In this document: piece after piece, positions 38,580-50,454 of the stretch | How positions within the stretch are numbered: position 1 is the stretch's first letter | How the letters are laid out: each line of letters starts with the position of its first letter | DNA from: Chiloscyllium plagiosum | Taxonomy: Eukaryota | Direction of reading: 5' to 3' | Assembly (NCBI RefSeq): GCF_004010195.1 | Contig: NC_057759.1 | Span: 7,779,910-7,843,909 of the forward strand | DNA: 64,000 bases | Translations under genes and position numbers: made by a program | Notes under the pieces: model-generated | The model's database searches: none | Seen by the model: the letters and a program-made list of their open reading frames with translations, nothing else | Told to the model about the DNA's origin: nothing

Positions 38580-41510
38580 AGATTCTAGGAAGGGGCTAAG
38601 CCAACCATGATTGGCAAGGGAGGTATCGCATCAAAGAAAAAAATTAAACTTTTACAGTAAACGTGCGAGCTTACAGCAGAAGCTCACACCAAGCTGAGAA
38701 CAGCAAAAGCTTCTTTAAAATATTTAAAAATAGGAAGGCAAGACTGAACATAGACCCATCCAAGGATGAGACTGGAGAAGTAATAATGACAAACCAGAAG
38801 GAGTTAATTATACATTTTTGATTTGTTTTCATAATAAAAGACCAAAAATCAAGGTGCAAAAAGACAGGAGTAATTAAATACAATTATTGTCTTTGGAGAA
38901 AAAGTACCAGGGAAACTAATGGGCCTAATAGCCAACAAAGTCTCAATGGGATGCATCTTAGGCTATTAAAAGAAATATGGAGAGATAGTGGATGCAGTGA
39001 CTCTTTAGATTCTGGTAACGTTTCAGTGTAATAAAAACTGTCAACATAAAGCTCAAAAATCACAACAGCAGGTTGTCGTCCAACAGGTTTAATTGGAAGC
39101 ACTAGCTTTTGGAGTGCCGCTCCTTCATCGGGGGTTGTCCAAAACATAACACTTCTATTCAAAAGAGAATGTGACAAAAACAGGTAACTACAAGGCCTGT
39201 CTATGATTGGAAAATGTGGTGACCATTATTAAAGATTTAATAGCAGAATGTCATGGAATCAGAGTCATAGAGACGCACAGCATGGAAACAGACCCTTCAG
39301 TCCAACTTGTCTATGCCGACCAGATATCCCAACCCAATCTAGTCCCACCTGCCAGCACCTGGTTCATACCCCTCCAAACCCTTCCTGTTCATATACCCAT
39401 CCAGATGCCTTTTAAATGTTGCAATTGTACTAGCCTCCACCCCTTCCTCAGGCAGCTCATTCCATACACGTACCACCCTCTGCATGAAAAACGTTACCCC
39501 TTAGGTCTCTTTTATATCTTTCCCCTCTCACCCTAAACCTATGTCCCACCCCATGGGAAAAAGAACTTTGTCTATTTATCTTAACCATGCCCCTCATAAT
39601 TTTATTGACTTCAATAAGGCAACCCTCAGCCTCCTACGCTCCAGGGAAAACAGCCCTAGCCTAATCAACCTCTCCCTATAGTTCAAATCCTCCAACCCTG
39701 GCAACATTCTTGTAAATCTTTTCTGAACCCTTTCAAGTTTCACAACATCTTTCCAATAGGAAGGAGACCAGAATTGCACGCAATATTCCAACAGTGCCCT
39801 GTACAGCTGCAACATGACCTCCCAACTCCTATACTCAATAGTCTGACCAATAAAGGAAAGCATACAAAACGCCTTCTTCACTATCTTATATACGTGCGAC
39901 ACCACTTTCAAGGAGCTATGAACCTGTATCCAATGTCTCTTTGTTCAGCAACACTCCGTAGAACCTTACCATTAAGCGTATAAGTCCTGCTAAGATTTGC
40001 TTTCCCAAAATGCAGCACCTCACATTTATCTAAATTAAACTCCATCTGCCACTTCTCAGCCCATTGGCCCATCTCATCAAGATCCCATTGTAATCTGAGC
40101 TAACCTACTTAGCTGTCCACTACACCTCCAATTTTGGTGTCATCAGCAAACTTACTAACTACTGTATACCTCTTATGCTCACATCCAAATCATTTATATA
40201 AATTATGGAAAGTAGCGGACCCAGCACCGATCCTTGTGGCACTCCACTGGTCACAGGCCTCCAGTTTGAAAAAGAAACCTCTGCCACCACCCTCTGTCTT
40301 CTACCTTTGAGCCAGTTCTGCATCCAAATGGCTAGTTCTCCTTGCATTCCATGAGATCCAACCTTGCTAAACAGTCTCCCAAGGGGAACCTTGTCGAATG
40401 CCTTAAGTCCATATAGATCACATCTATCGTTTAGAACATTTCGAAACACATAATAATGTGAAGCAGGATGGCTCCTGAAGGTCAAATCATACCTGTTAAA
40501 TTTGAAGAGATATAAAGCTGGATAGACAAGTGGGAAGCAGTGGATGTGATACATTTGGATTTCTCAAAGATGTTTGATGATACCACATATTAGGCTGGTG
40601 TTGGGATTATAATATTAGCAAGGATAGAGGATTGGTTATTTGGGCAAGGGAGACATTTTCTGAATGGTAACCTGTAACTAGTGGTGTGCCACAGGGGTCA
40701 TTGCTGGAGTCCCAATTATTTATAGTACATGTTAATGACTTTGATTAAGAAAGTGAATGTAAGTAAATGTTAAGTTTGCAAATGGTACAACGGGATTCAA
40801 AAAGGTGAGGATCACACAGACTCTGCAGAGACATAGATTAAAGGTTAAGCAAATGGGCAAAATCTTGGCAGATGGAATATAATTTGTGAAAATGTGCACT
40901 TTGATGGGAGGAATGGAGGAATATGTTACTTAAATAGTGTGCAGAGAGTTGGGAGTCTTCATGCACAAATAGCAAAAAGATAGCATACAAGTCCAAATCC
41001 TAACAGGGAGAATACAGCATAAAAATAGGAAAATCTGCTACACCTATGCACTCCTGAAAGATTGTGAACAGTTTTAGTCCTCTTTTCTAAGATATAACTG
41101 GCATTTGAGGCATTCTGGAGAATGTTCATGAGGCTAATCCTGGGTATAGCAGGTTTCCCTTACAGTAGGTGGGGTCTGGACTCACTGGAGTTCATAAGAA
41201 GGAAACGTGACCTTACTGAAACATAATATTGAAACCTCTTTGGGAACCTGGCAGGGTACATTGGAGCAGGAGTAAGCCATCTGGCCCTTTCAGCCTGCTC
41301 TGCCATTCAATAAGATCATGGCTGATCTTTTTGTGGACTCAGATCCACTTACCCGCACAAGGACACCTAGGTTCCTCTGCATAGCAGTACTTTTTACTAT
41401 TACTCATACAAAACTGTATGACTTCACATTTATTTACAATGTGTTCCATCTGCCAGACCTTTGTCCACTCACTCAATGTATCTATGGTCCTCTGTAAAGT
41501 TTCACAGTCC
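38580..41510. mobile_element. Nested CR1 fragments: old + copy interrupted by a younger - copy (39255-40425)
   Basis: Minus ORFs 39594-39911 and 40159-40554 ([15 protein letters not shown]); plus-strand degenerate RT motifs on both sides. Confidence 0.8.
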
Positions 41511-41680
41511 TCAGTGGTTAGTACAGCTGCCTCACAGCGCCAGGGACCCAGGTTAGACTCTAGCTGCTTGCGACTGTGTGAAGTTTGCACAATCGCCTCA
41601 CATTTGCTTGGGTTTCCTCCAGGTGCTACAGATTCCTTCCACAGTCCAAAGATGTGCAGGTTAGGCAAATTTCCCATAAT

Positions 41681-42565
41681 GGTGGTAAAAACAATGACTG
41701 CAGATGCTGGAAACCAGATTCTGGATCAGTGGTGCTGGAAGAGCACAGGAATTCAGGCAGCATCCGACGAGCAGCAAAATCGACGTTTCGGGCAAAAGCC
41801 CTTCATCAGGAATAAAGGCAGAGAGTCTGAAGCGTGGAAAGATAAGCGAGAGGAGGGTGGGGGTGGGGAGAAAGTAGCTGCAGTTCCTCACCGCAGGAAC
41901 TGCAAAACCTGTGCCACACCTCCTCCCTCATCTCCATCCAAGGCCCTAAAGGAGCCTTCCACATCCATCAAAGTTTTACCTGCACATCCACTAATATAAT
42001 TTATTGTATCCATTGTTCCCGATGTGGTCGCCTCTACATTGGGGAGACTGGACGCCTCCTAGCAGAGCGCTTTAGGGAACATCTCTAGGACACCTGCACC
42101 AATCAACCACACCGCCCTGTGGCCCAACATTTCAANNNNNNNNNNNNNNNNNNNNNNNNNNNNNNNNNNNNNNNNNNNNNNNNNNNNNNNNNNNNNNNNN
42201 NNNNNNNNNNNNNNNNNNNNNNNNNNNNNNNNNNNNNNNNNNNNNNNNNNNNNNNNNNNNNNNNNNNNNNNNNNNNNNNNNNNNNNNNNNNNNNNNNNNN
42301 NNNNNNNNNNNNNNNNNNNNNNCCTAGCTCCTTTTCCACCTATCCACTCCACCCTCTCCTCCCTGACCTATCACCTTCATCTCCTCCCCCACTCACCTAT
42401 TGTACTCTATGCTACTTTCTCCCCACCTCCACCCTCCTCTAGCTTATCTCTCCATGCTTCAGGCTCTCTGCCTTTATTCCTGAAGGGCTTTTGCCCGAAA
42501 CGTCGATTTTGCTGCTCGTCGGATGCTGCCTGAATTGCTGTGCTCTTCCAGCACCACTGATCCAG
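41681..42565. mobile_element. Penelope-like insertion: inverted terminus, GIY-YIG region, terminus; 13-bp TSD
   Basis: aatttcccataat on both sides (41668-41680 and 42566-42578); IIYCIHCSRCGRLYIGETGR at ~41995-42055; contains N gap 42136-42322. Confidence 0.88.
41778..41813 (-). ncRNA. Minimal type-I hammerhead ribozyme motif
   Basis: Minus strand: attc-CTGATGA-a-gggc tttt gccc-GAAAC-GTC-gatt. Confidence 0.8.
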
Positions 42566-42759
42566 AATTTCCCATAATATTCAGGCATGTGTAGCTTACG
42601 TGCATCAGTCAGGGTTACATACAGGTATGGGGGAATGGGTCTGGGTGGGCTACACTTCAGAGGATCAGTGTGGACTTGTTGGGCTAAATGGCCTATTTCA
42701 CGCTGTAGGTATTCTATGATTCTATGCTGGGTAATTGAGACAAGCCTTGACCAAAGTGA

Positions 42760-44080
42760 CTGTGCTAAAAAAACAGGCTGCAGCGACAGAGAATATGGAA
42801 TTGATTCAGCAGCTGCAGACAATGAAATACTCACTTGAACTTGATTTGGATATACTCTGATCGTAAGTTTACTCATTCAGCTATTAGATTTATTCTCAGA
42901 TGTTTTGTCACCATGCTAGGTAACATAATCAGTGAGCCTCTGTTGAAGCGCTGGTGTTCTGTCCCACTTTCTATTTGTGTGTCTTGGTCTGTTAAGTTGG
43001 GTGATACCATTTCTGATTCTTTTTCTCAGAGTTTGGTAAATAGTGTTCAAACTGATGTGTTTATTGATAGAATTCCGGTTTGACTGTCAGGCCTCTTGGA
43101 GTTCCCATTGGTGTTTTTGTTTAGCTTGTCCTAGTATGGATGTATTGTCCCAGTTGAAGTGGTGTCCTTCTTTGTCTGTGTAATAAGGGTACAAGTGATA
43201 GTTGGTCATGTCTTTTGGTGACTAGTTAGTGCTTGTGTATCCTGGTGGCTAGTTTCCTGCCTGTCTGTTGAGTGTTGTGTTTGTTGCAGTCCTTGCAGGG
43301 TATATTTGATATTTTGCTTTGCTGGTTGTTGGTACAAGGTCACTTAGGTTCATCAGTAGCTATTGGTAGGTTTAGGGGCGGATGCCAAGGGGTCAGAAGT
43401 CTAGTCATCATCTCTGAAATGCCTTTGAAGTATGGGAGTGTGGCGAGAGTCTCTGGGCGTCTTGTTGTTTAATAATTGGCAAATTGTGCTTATTTGGTAC
43501 CCATTGTTCTTGATTACGTTGAATACGTTTCTTCTGCTGCTCATAATTCCTGGGTGCTGCAGTGTGTTGTGATTCCTTTAAATAATATCCTGATGCAGCT
43601 CTGTGGGTGTTGGGATGATTGCTTCTGTTAAGTATCTGGTCTTTGTGTGTTGTTTTCCTGTAGATGCTGTTCTGCAGTTCTCCATTGACTGTTCGTTCCA
43701 CTGTAACATCTGGAAAGGAGAGTCCGTTGGTGAAATTTATGCCAGTAAGGATGTTGTTAATGATATCGTCGGTTTCTTCTAATTTGTTCCATTTCATGAT
43801 GACAAAAGATGTTGTATACATAGCAGACCCAAAGCTTGGGTTGAATTATGGGGAGAGCGGTTTGTTCTAACCTCTGCAAAACTGCTTCTGCTAAGAATTC
43901 TCATATTGGTGATCCCACAGGTGTCCATCTGAAAGACAGGCCGGAAACTAACTACCAGGATACACAAGCATCAATTAGCCACCAAAAGACATGACCAACT
44001 GTCACTAGTACCCTTACACATAGAGGAAGGACGACACCACTTCAACTAGGACAAATATCCATACAAGGACAGGCTCAGGT
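42760..44080 (-). mobile_element. Second Penelope-like family, RT and GIY-YIG remnant with a short inverted duplication (43935-44080)
   Basis: FVIMK...LSFPDVTVER...IYRKTTHKDQILN..SNHPNTH (PLE RT thumb region); 43125-43265 is mirrored at 43935-44075. Confidence 0.78.
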
Positions 44081-44314
44081 TGACTTTTCATCAATAAGGA
44101 GTTATGGGTTATGGGGAAAAGACAGGAAAGTGGAGGTAACCATGATCAGACCCAATCATAATCTGAGTGGTGCACCACACTTGATTGAAATAGAAATGGG
44201 CCATTCTTATGGTCTAAATCTCAGAGGTAGGAAAAATAGTTGTGTAACAACATTAGGGAACATCGTCTTCCATAATATTAACTAGGATCAGCAAAGTTTG
44301 AAAGGTTACAGGCA

Positions 44315-46182
44315 GGAGGCTGGAAGAACACAGCAAGGCAGATAGCATCAGGTGTATAAGTCGATGTTTTGTGTGTAACCCTTCTTCAGGAGTGGGGGTG
44401 GGTGTGGGGGAGCTGGAGACAGGATGGTGAAGTGGGGATAGGAGAAGACAGGTAGAGGTATGACCTGGTTGTCAATGGGAGGAATGAATCCAGTAGGTGG
44501 CAGGGACCAGTGGCAATGACAGGGAGAGCTGGGAGGAGAGTCAGGGGATGGGGAGGGAGGTTATTTGAAATTGAAGAACTCAATGTTGAGGCTTCCGGGA
44601 AGTAGGATGCCCAGCAGAACATAAGGTGTTGTTGGTCCAATAGGTGCTTTGCTTTGTTTTGGCAATGGAGACGGCCAAATTTGGTCATGTTGGAAAGGGA
44701 GTGGTTGGAGAAATTGAAATGGACACTAACTGTGAAGTCCAGTCAGCTCATTCTCTAAGTTTGCGTTCGGTCTCCCTGATGTACAGAAGAATACATCGGG
44801 AGCACCTGATGCAGTAAACTAAATTGGGAGAGAGGCAGGTGAACCTCTCTCATCTGGAATGACCGTTTGTGGCCCTGGATGGAAATGAGAGGGATGGCGT
44901 ACTGATAGATTTTGTATTTTTTCTGGTTGCAGGGGAAGTTGGCGGGGTTAGCATGAACCAAGAACTGTCGGAGGGAATGGCTTTTGCCTGAAACGTCGAT
45001 CTTCCGAATCGACTCAACATTGATGTTTTCTACAAACCCAATGACTTCCACAGCTACCTAGATTACACCTCCTCCCACCCTACCTCCTGCTATCCCTTAT
45101 TCCCAATTCCTCTGCTGCATCTGCTCCCAGGAGGACCAGTTCCACCACTGAACACAAAAGATGGCCGCAATTTCCCCTCCCATGTTGTTGATGATGCCTT
45201 CCAGCACATCTCATTCACTTCCCGCAACTCCACCCTCGAACCTCACCCCTCCAACCGCAACAAGGACAGCATCCCCCGGTCCTCACCTTCCACTTTACCA
45301 ACCTGTATACATCGCATCATCCTCCGCCATTTCCGCCATCTACAAATGGACCCCCCCCACCCCGAGATATCTTTCCCTCCCCACCCTTATCCACTTTCCG
45401 TAAAGACCATTCCCTTTGCGTCTACATCATCAGGTCCAAGCCCCCAACAACCCATCCTCCCTCCCAGAACCTTCCTCTGCCACCACAGATTGCAAAACCT
45501 ATGCCCACACCTCCAACCTCATCTGTGTCCCAGGCCCCAAAGGAGCCTTCCACATCAATAAAACTTTCATCTGCACTTTCACACGTCATTTACTGTATCT
45601 GTTGCTCCTGGTGCGGTCTCCTCTACATTGGGGAGACAGGACGCCTACTCGCAGAGAGCTTCAGAGAACATTTCTGGGATACCCGCAACACCAGACCCCA
45701 CTGCCCTATGGCCGAGCACTTCAACTCCCCCTCCCACTCCGCCGAGGACATGCAGGTCCTGGGCCTCCTCCATCGCCATTCCCTTACTACCCAATACCTG
45801 GAGGAAAATCACCTCATCTTCGGCCTTGGGACCCTCCAACCCTATGGCATCAATGTGGATTTCACCAGTTTCTGCACTTCCCTTCCCCCCATCTTATTCC
45901 AGTTCCAACCTTCCAGCTTAGCACAGCCCTCATGACTTGTGCATCTTCTTTCCTACCTATCTACTCCACCCTCCCCTCTGACTTATCACCATTACCCCAA
46001 CCTCCATTCACCTTCTGCACTTGCAGCTACCTTCCCCACCAGCCTCACCCCCTCCCATTTATCTCTCCATTACCAAGGCTCCCAGCCTCATTCCTGATGA
46101 TGAAGGGCTTTTGATCGAAACGTCGATTTTCCTGCTCCTCAGACGCTGCCTGACCTGCTATGCTTTACCAGCACCATACACT
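44315..46182. mobile_element. Penelope-like elements, - copy (44315-44970) back to back with + copy (45020-46182)
   Basis: HVIYCICCSWCGLLYIGETGRLLAESFREH...AEHFNSPSHS...LIFGLGTLQPYGINVDF (GIY-YIG); hammerhead-like motifs at the outer termini. Confidence 0.88.
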
Positions 46183-47091
46183 GAACAAAAAAATTGGACC
46201 GCAACTAAATATTCTGAATTAGGCCTATTTTTCATGCGAGAAGACAAGATCGAGCCAAAGTGGACTTGACCAACTACTTGAGGGAAAATCTATAGAACAG
46301 TGAGAGTCATTCAAAAAGGAAATTGTGAGCATGCAGGGTCAACATGCTTGCATAAACATGAAGGGTAGGAACCTTAGCTCTCAGGGGCTGTACTGAATTG
46401 GATAACGAAAGAAAAAAAGGAACCCTATGGCAGATACTGAGGCCCAAAGTAATGGAGTCGTAATTGAGGCTCTGAATAACAAGAGCAGGGGGTTATTATG
46501 TAGTTGCTTAAAACATTATGGCCATGTTGGAGTACTATGCAGAGCTGTGGTCACCACAGTATAGAATGGATACGATTGCAAGAGAGTACAAATGAGATTC
46601 AGCTGAACTTTACAAAAATAAAAATAACAGAGAAAAATCAGTAGGTTTGGCAGCATATGTGGAGAAAAATAGAGTTAACATTTCAGCTCCAGGAGACACT
46701 TGTGATCCTGGATGGATTTGAAACACAGAAATGAAACTTCAATTGAAATCCATGTGAAAGGAGTCTGAACTAGTATCAGTCGTTGAGGATTGAGATGTGG
46801 TTGTGGAAGCAAGATATGGCAAATATTTGATCAAATACTAGGAGAGAGAACAAAGGTAATGATGGAATACAAGAAGATTTGAATGGAAATATTGTCAGAG
46901 AGGGGAGCAGGACTTCTTTACAGGCATACCTGGAAGCGGTGTGGCAGTTAGTTACACACTAAAATTCATCTGGAAGTTGCCTGGACTGGACAATTTCAGT
47001 TCAGATTAGATGAGGTGGGGGTGTTTTTCTTACAGGAGAGGAGGCTAAGGGAGAACTGGATTGAGGTGTATAAATTAGGAGAACCAAACAG

Positions 47092-47395
47092 GACAGTACA
47101 GTGGTTAGCACTGATGCCTCAGTGCCAGGATTCTCACCTTGGGCAACTGTGCAGAATTTGAACATGCTCCCAGTACCACCATGGGCTTTCTTAAAGTGCT
47201 CTAGATTCCTCCCAGTCCACAGATGTACAGGTTACACAAACTTGCCATGCTAGATTGCCCATAGTGTTCAAGGATGTGTAGGCTAGATGCATTAATTAGG
47301 GAAATGTAGAGTAATCGAGGAATGGATCTGGGTGGACACTCTGCAGAAGGTCAATGTGGACTTGTTGGGCCAAATGGCCTGTTTCCACATTGTAG
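47092..47395 (+). mobile_element. HE1-type SINE
   Basis: gtggttagcactgatgcctc...gtggacttgttgggccaaatggcctgtttcc. Confidence 0.82.
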
Positions 47396-47879
47396 GGGAA
47401 GGCTACTGAGGACTTTGAGGCATAAATTCTGTTCTTAGTAGAAAATGTGGCGGCCAGTTTGAACTGAAATAAAGTGACGATGACTAGACAATGTGTTTAG
47501 CGTTGTGAGATAAAGATTAACCAAAACACAACAGAATACGTTTGCGTGCACATCGACTATGAATTGCCCTCAACTATATATAATTCTTTCAAATGTTATG
47601 CACTTTTCAGAATACCGACGGTTCTGACTGTGATTTTTTGTGACGGTATTGGAAGTCGGTTATTGCCAAGTCTGCACTACTGGGAGAATGAAACCTCCTC
47701 ATGTAGACCCAACCGGTCGGGGCTAGTTTAATCCGGACATAGCCATGTACATTTCATAACCAGATTTTAAAAGACATTCCTGAAAACAAACGCCGGAAAT
47801 CACAGCAAGTCAGACAACATCCATAGAAAGAGAGCAAGCTAACGTTTCGAGGTTGTAATTTGCTCCTAAACTGCCAGTA

Positions 47880-48170
47880 AAGCACAACGCGTTTACTTTA
47901 AAAATACGTCAATCGCACCAACGCCATCGCTACAGCACCAACTTCTCCATCCAACACTGAAAACCACAACACTACACTTTAAAATAATTCTCCTTCAGCG
48001 ACCGTTTCTGTGACGAACATACTTTCACATTCCACCCCTCGAGCGCCACCAAAAACCCAGCGCAGGCGCACCACGGACCGGTTTACAGTGTCGAGGCGGG
48101 ACATTGAACCCCAACGCCATGACGCACTTCCTTACGGTTGTCTTGGTAAAATTTCCCGGATGTGGAGTTA
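47880..48170 (+). promoter_or_regulatory. CpG-rich TATA-less promoter
   Basis: Local CpG enrichment in non-repeat DNA; NRF1-like gcgcaggcgca 48060-48070; GC-box/E2F-like gaggcggga 48093; cgccat-tgacg-cacttcc (YY1/CRE half-site/ETS) 48115-48131; ETS-like ccggatgt ~48156. Confidence 0.75.
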
Positions 48171-48253
48171 GTCAACACGGTTCGTTAACTCGTGAGATGC
48201 TGGCGCCGGTTGTGGGGGAGGGTGGACGGTAGTTGTGGCGGAACAGGGAGCCC
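48165..48253 (+). other. Probable first (5' UTR) exon of an unidentified gene
   Basis: G-rich segment after the promoter motifs, ending at a donor ccc|GTGAGT (48254); TSS position is approximate. Confidence 0.6.
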
Positions 48254-48722
48254 GTGAGTATCACCGTTTTATTGGGTGGGTGGTTGTGGTTCTGTATACG
48301 TAATAACATCCACTATTCCCTTTGCATCAGGCTGAGAGCTGTCAGCAGCTAACCTCAATTTCCAATTCCCCTGTTTCCTTCTCTCAAGTGATTATCAGCA
48401 GTGAACCCCCCATACGTCGGGCATCGCGTTGCCCAGCCCTGCAATTATCATGGTTTTACGACCATTTTACCTTCACCACTTAAGCCAGCGCCTCCATCCC
48501 CGGGCCACAATGAATGCTAGATAATCTCTGTCGGATTTTAAAGCTCGCGGAGGGGTTTCTCTTAACTATTTGTGAGCATAGGCCCAGGTGTAGTACCGAA
48601 ATGTTTGTTCCCTTTGGTTTTAATTTGATGCTTCTGATTCCGAACCCAAAATGATGTTTCAAGAATTTTATTTCCCCCTTGTAGATTTGTTTTTTTAAGA
48701 CTCGATTCAAAGGAAATTGTTT

Positions 48723-48952
48723 CAGCACGGTGGCCCAATGGCTAGCACTGCTGCCTCATAACACCAGGACCTGGGTTCAATTCCACTCTGTGTGAAGTTT
48801 GGACATTCTCCCCGTGTTTGCTTGTCTGCAGTCCAAAGATAGGCAGAGTAGGTGGATTGGCCATGGGAATTAAGGGATGGGGTGTGTCTGGGTGGAATGC
48901 TCTTCGAAGGTTAGCTGTGGTCTCGATAGGTCTAATGGCCTGCTTCTATGAC
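48723..48952 (+). mobile_element. HE1-type SINE (internally deleted)
   Basis: cagcacggtggcccaatggctagcactgctgcctc...gggttcaattcc. Confidence 0.8.
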
Positions 48953-48959
48953 GATTGTA

Positions 48960-49103
48960 CAGAGGAATCCCGATTATCCGAATTTCAGATTATCCAGACA
49001 AGATTGCAAGGTCTCTATGCTTGGCTATACTGTGTATTCCAACAATTGATTATCCGAACAAAATACTCCCAACTGTGTCGATCGGACAATCGAGGTTCCT
49101 CTG
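48960..49103. mobile_element. Tc1/mariner (Tigger-like) MITE
   Basis: TIRs cagaggaatcccgattatccga and tcggacaatcgaggttcctctg; TA on the left, CA on the right. Confidence 0.8.
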
Positions 49104-49346
49104 CATTTGTTGTTTTCGTATTAACCTATGTGACGGTTTCTGAGTTGGAATGGGGACATTTGTTTTGAAAATCCTGCTTTTTTTAAATGTCAAAATATGT
49201 TTCTTTTTTCAGTATGATGAATTTATATAAAACTGAATTCTTGCTGAAACATAGTTGGGATTGGGGTTGTTTGCAAGTCCGCATGTATGAACATATGTGC
49301 AGCTGCATATATAAAGGTCGAATGTTAAGGCTGGATTATTTATTAG

Positions 49347-49545
49347 GCTTTGCATCACATTGCAAATCTTTTCCTGTTTGACTGCCAAGAAATATCTGGA
49401 TCTGGACACCAAGTAAATGGATCCAGTAGACAAGCTCACACTTCAAGCCTATGGATTTGTTTAGAAAATGGATGATGACAAATGTGTATTCACTTATCTG
49501 CTTCTTGCATTCAACCAAACTGCAATATCTTGCGTATGCAAAGAG
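49347..49545 (+). other. Candidate second exon
   Basis: tttattag| acceptor and gag|gtattt donor; ATGs at 49451 and 49468 are both open to the donor. Confidence 0.3.
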
Positions 49546-50454
49546 GTATTTCAAAACTGGAGATCATCATTAATATGCGATTAATATCAGGATTGCCTTT
49601 TTCTATACATCTTATGTACAGTAGTTTACAGCATAGAAGTGTTTTGTTTCAGTTTCTATTCTGCGTTTTGCGTATTGGGTGCTGGTTTCGCTGGGGAAAC
49701 ATAAATTTGGAGATATGTCTTCTTGTCAGTGCACTGAAAGCCTTTTTCCTTTAGTTTGCTTCCAGAAGGGGGTCAGGGTTTAAAAACTGGATTGTAAAGA
49801 GGGGACAATTTTCATTGTATGTTGTGTAATTAGATAACTGATTTAAACATTCAAGAACTTAGTTTGTATTTCTGTTAAACCATCCAAATGGAACAGTTGG
49901 CATTTGTGGCTTCATAAAATTTTGATGTTTACTAAAGTGGGAAATTTCAGGATGGTAGCTATTAAAATTCTTTTTGACATACACACAGGTTATATTGATT
50001 TCCTGCATAGTACGTTAGAGAAGCTGAGAAAAGCTTGCAGGTTGCTTTTCTAATTAGTGCACACTATTCTTTCCAGTGTGGTTTTAAATTGGTGGTTAGT
50101 ACTGAAGAATGTGCACAGAATAGCTTTTTGGACGCTTTATTTGTATTTTCCTCGGCTTGGATTCTTTTTTGAACATATGACTTCTATGACTCAGCTTGTA
50201 TTATTGATACAGCTAGGATAAACCATTCACAGTTTCTGTGATTTGCCATTGTGATTGCTGAAGCCAACCACTTTACTTTTCCAGGGTATTTTAAGCTCTG
50301 TTTGCAGTGAAAAGATTGGACATGGAAGTCAGTCCAAATCCTAGACAGCATAGTTCCTGCAAATTCCAGGTCATTGCATTCAATGAACTTGAAATTATTT
50401 GAGGCTGACTGTTGTCCTTTTCTGACTGAAAAAAGAACCAAGTAGCAGAGATTC

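Larger units (their letters stand above)
41512..42727 (+). mobile_element. HE1 SINE split by a Penelope insertion
   Basis: Head at 41512-41680, tail at ~42580-42727. Confidence 0.8.

Noticed and set aside
49471..49570. Possible C/D snoRNA (atgatga)
   Set aside because: No CTGA D box at a suitable distance and no terminal stem.
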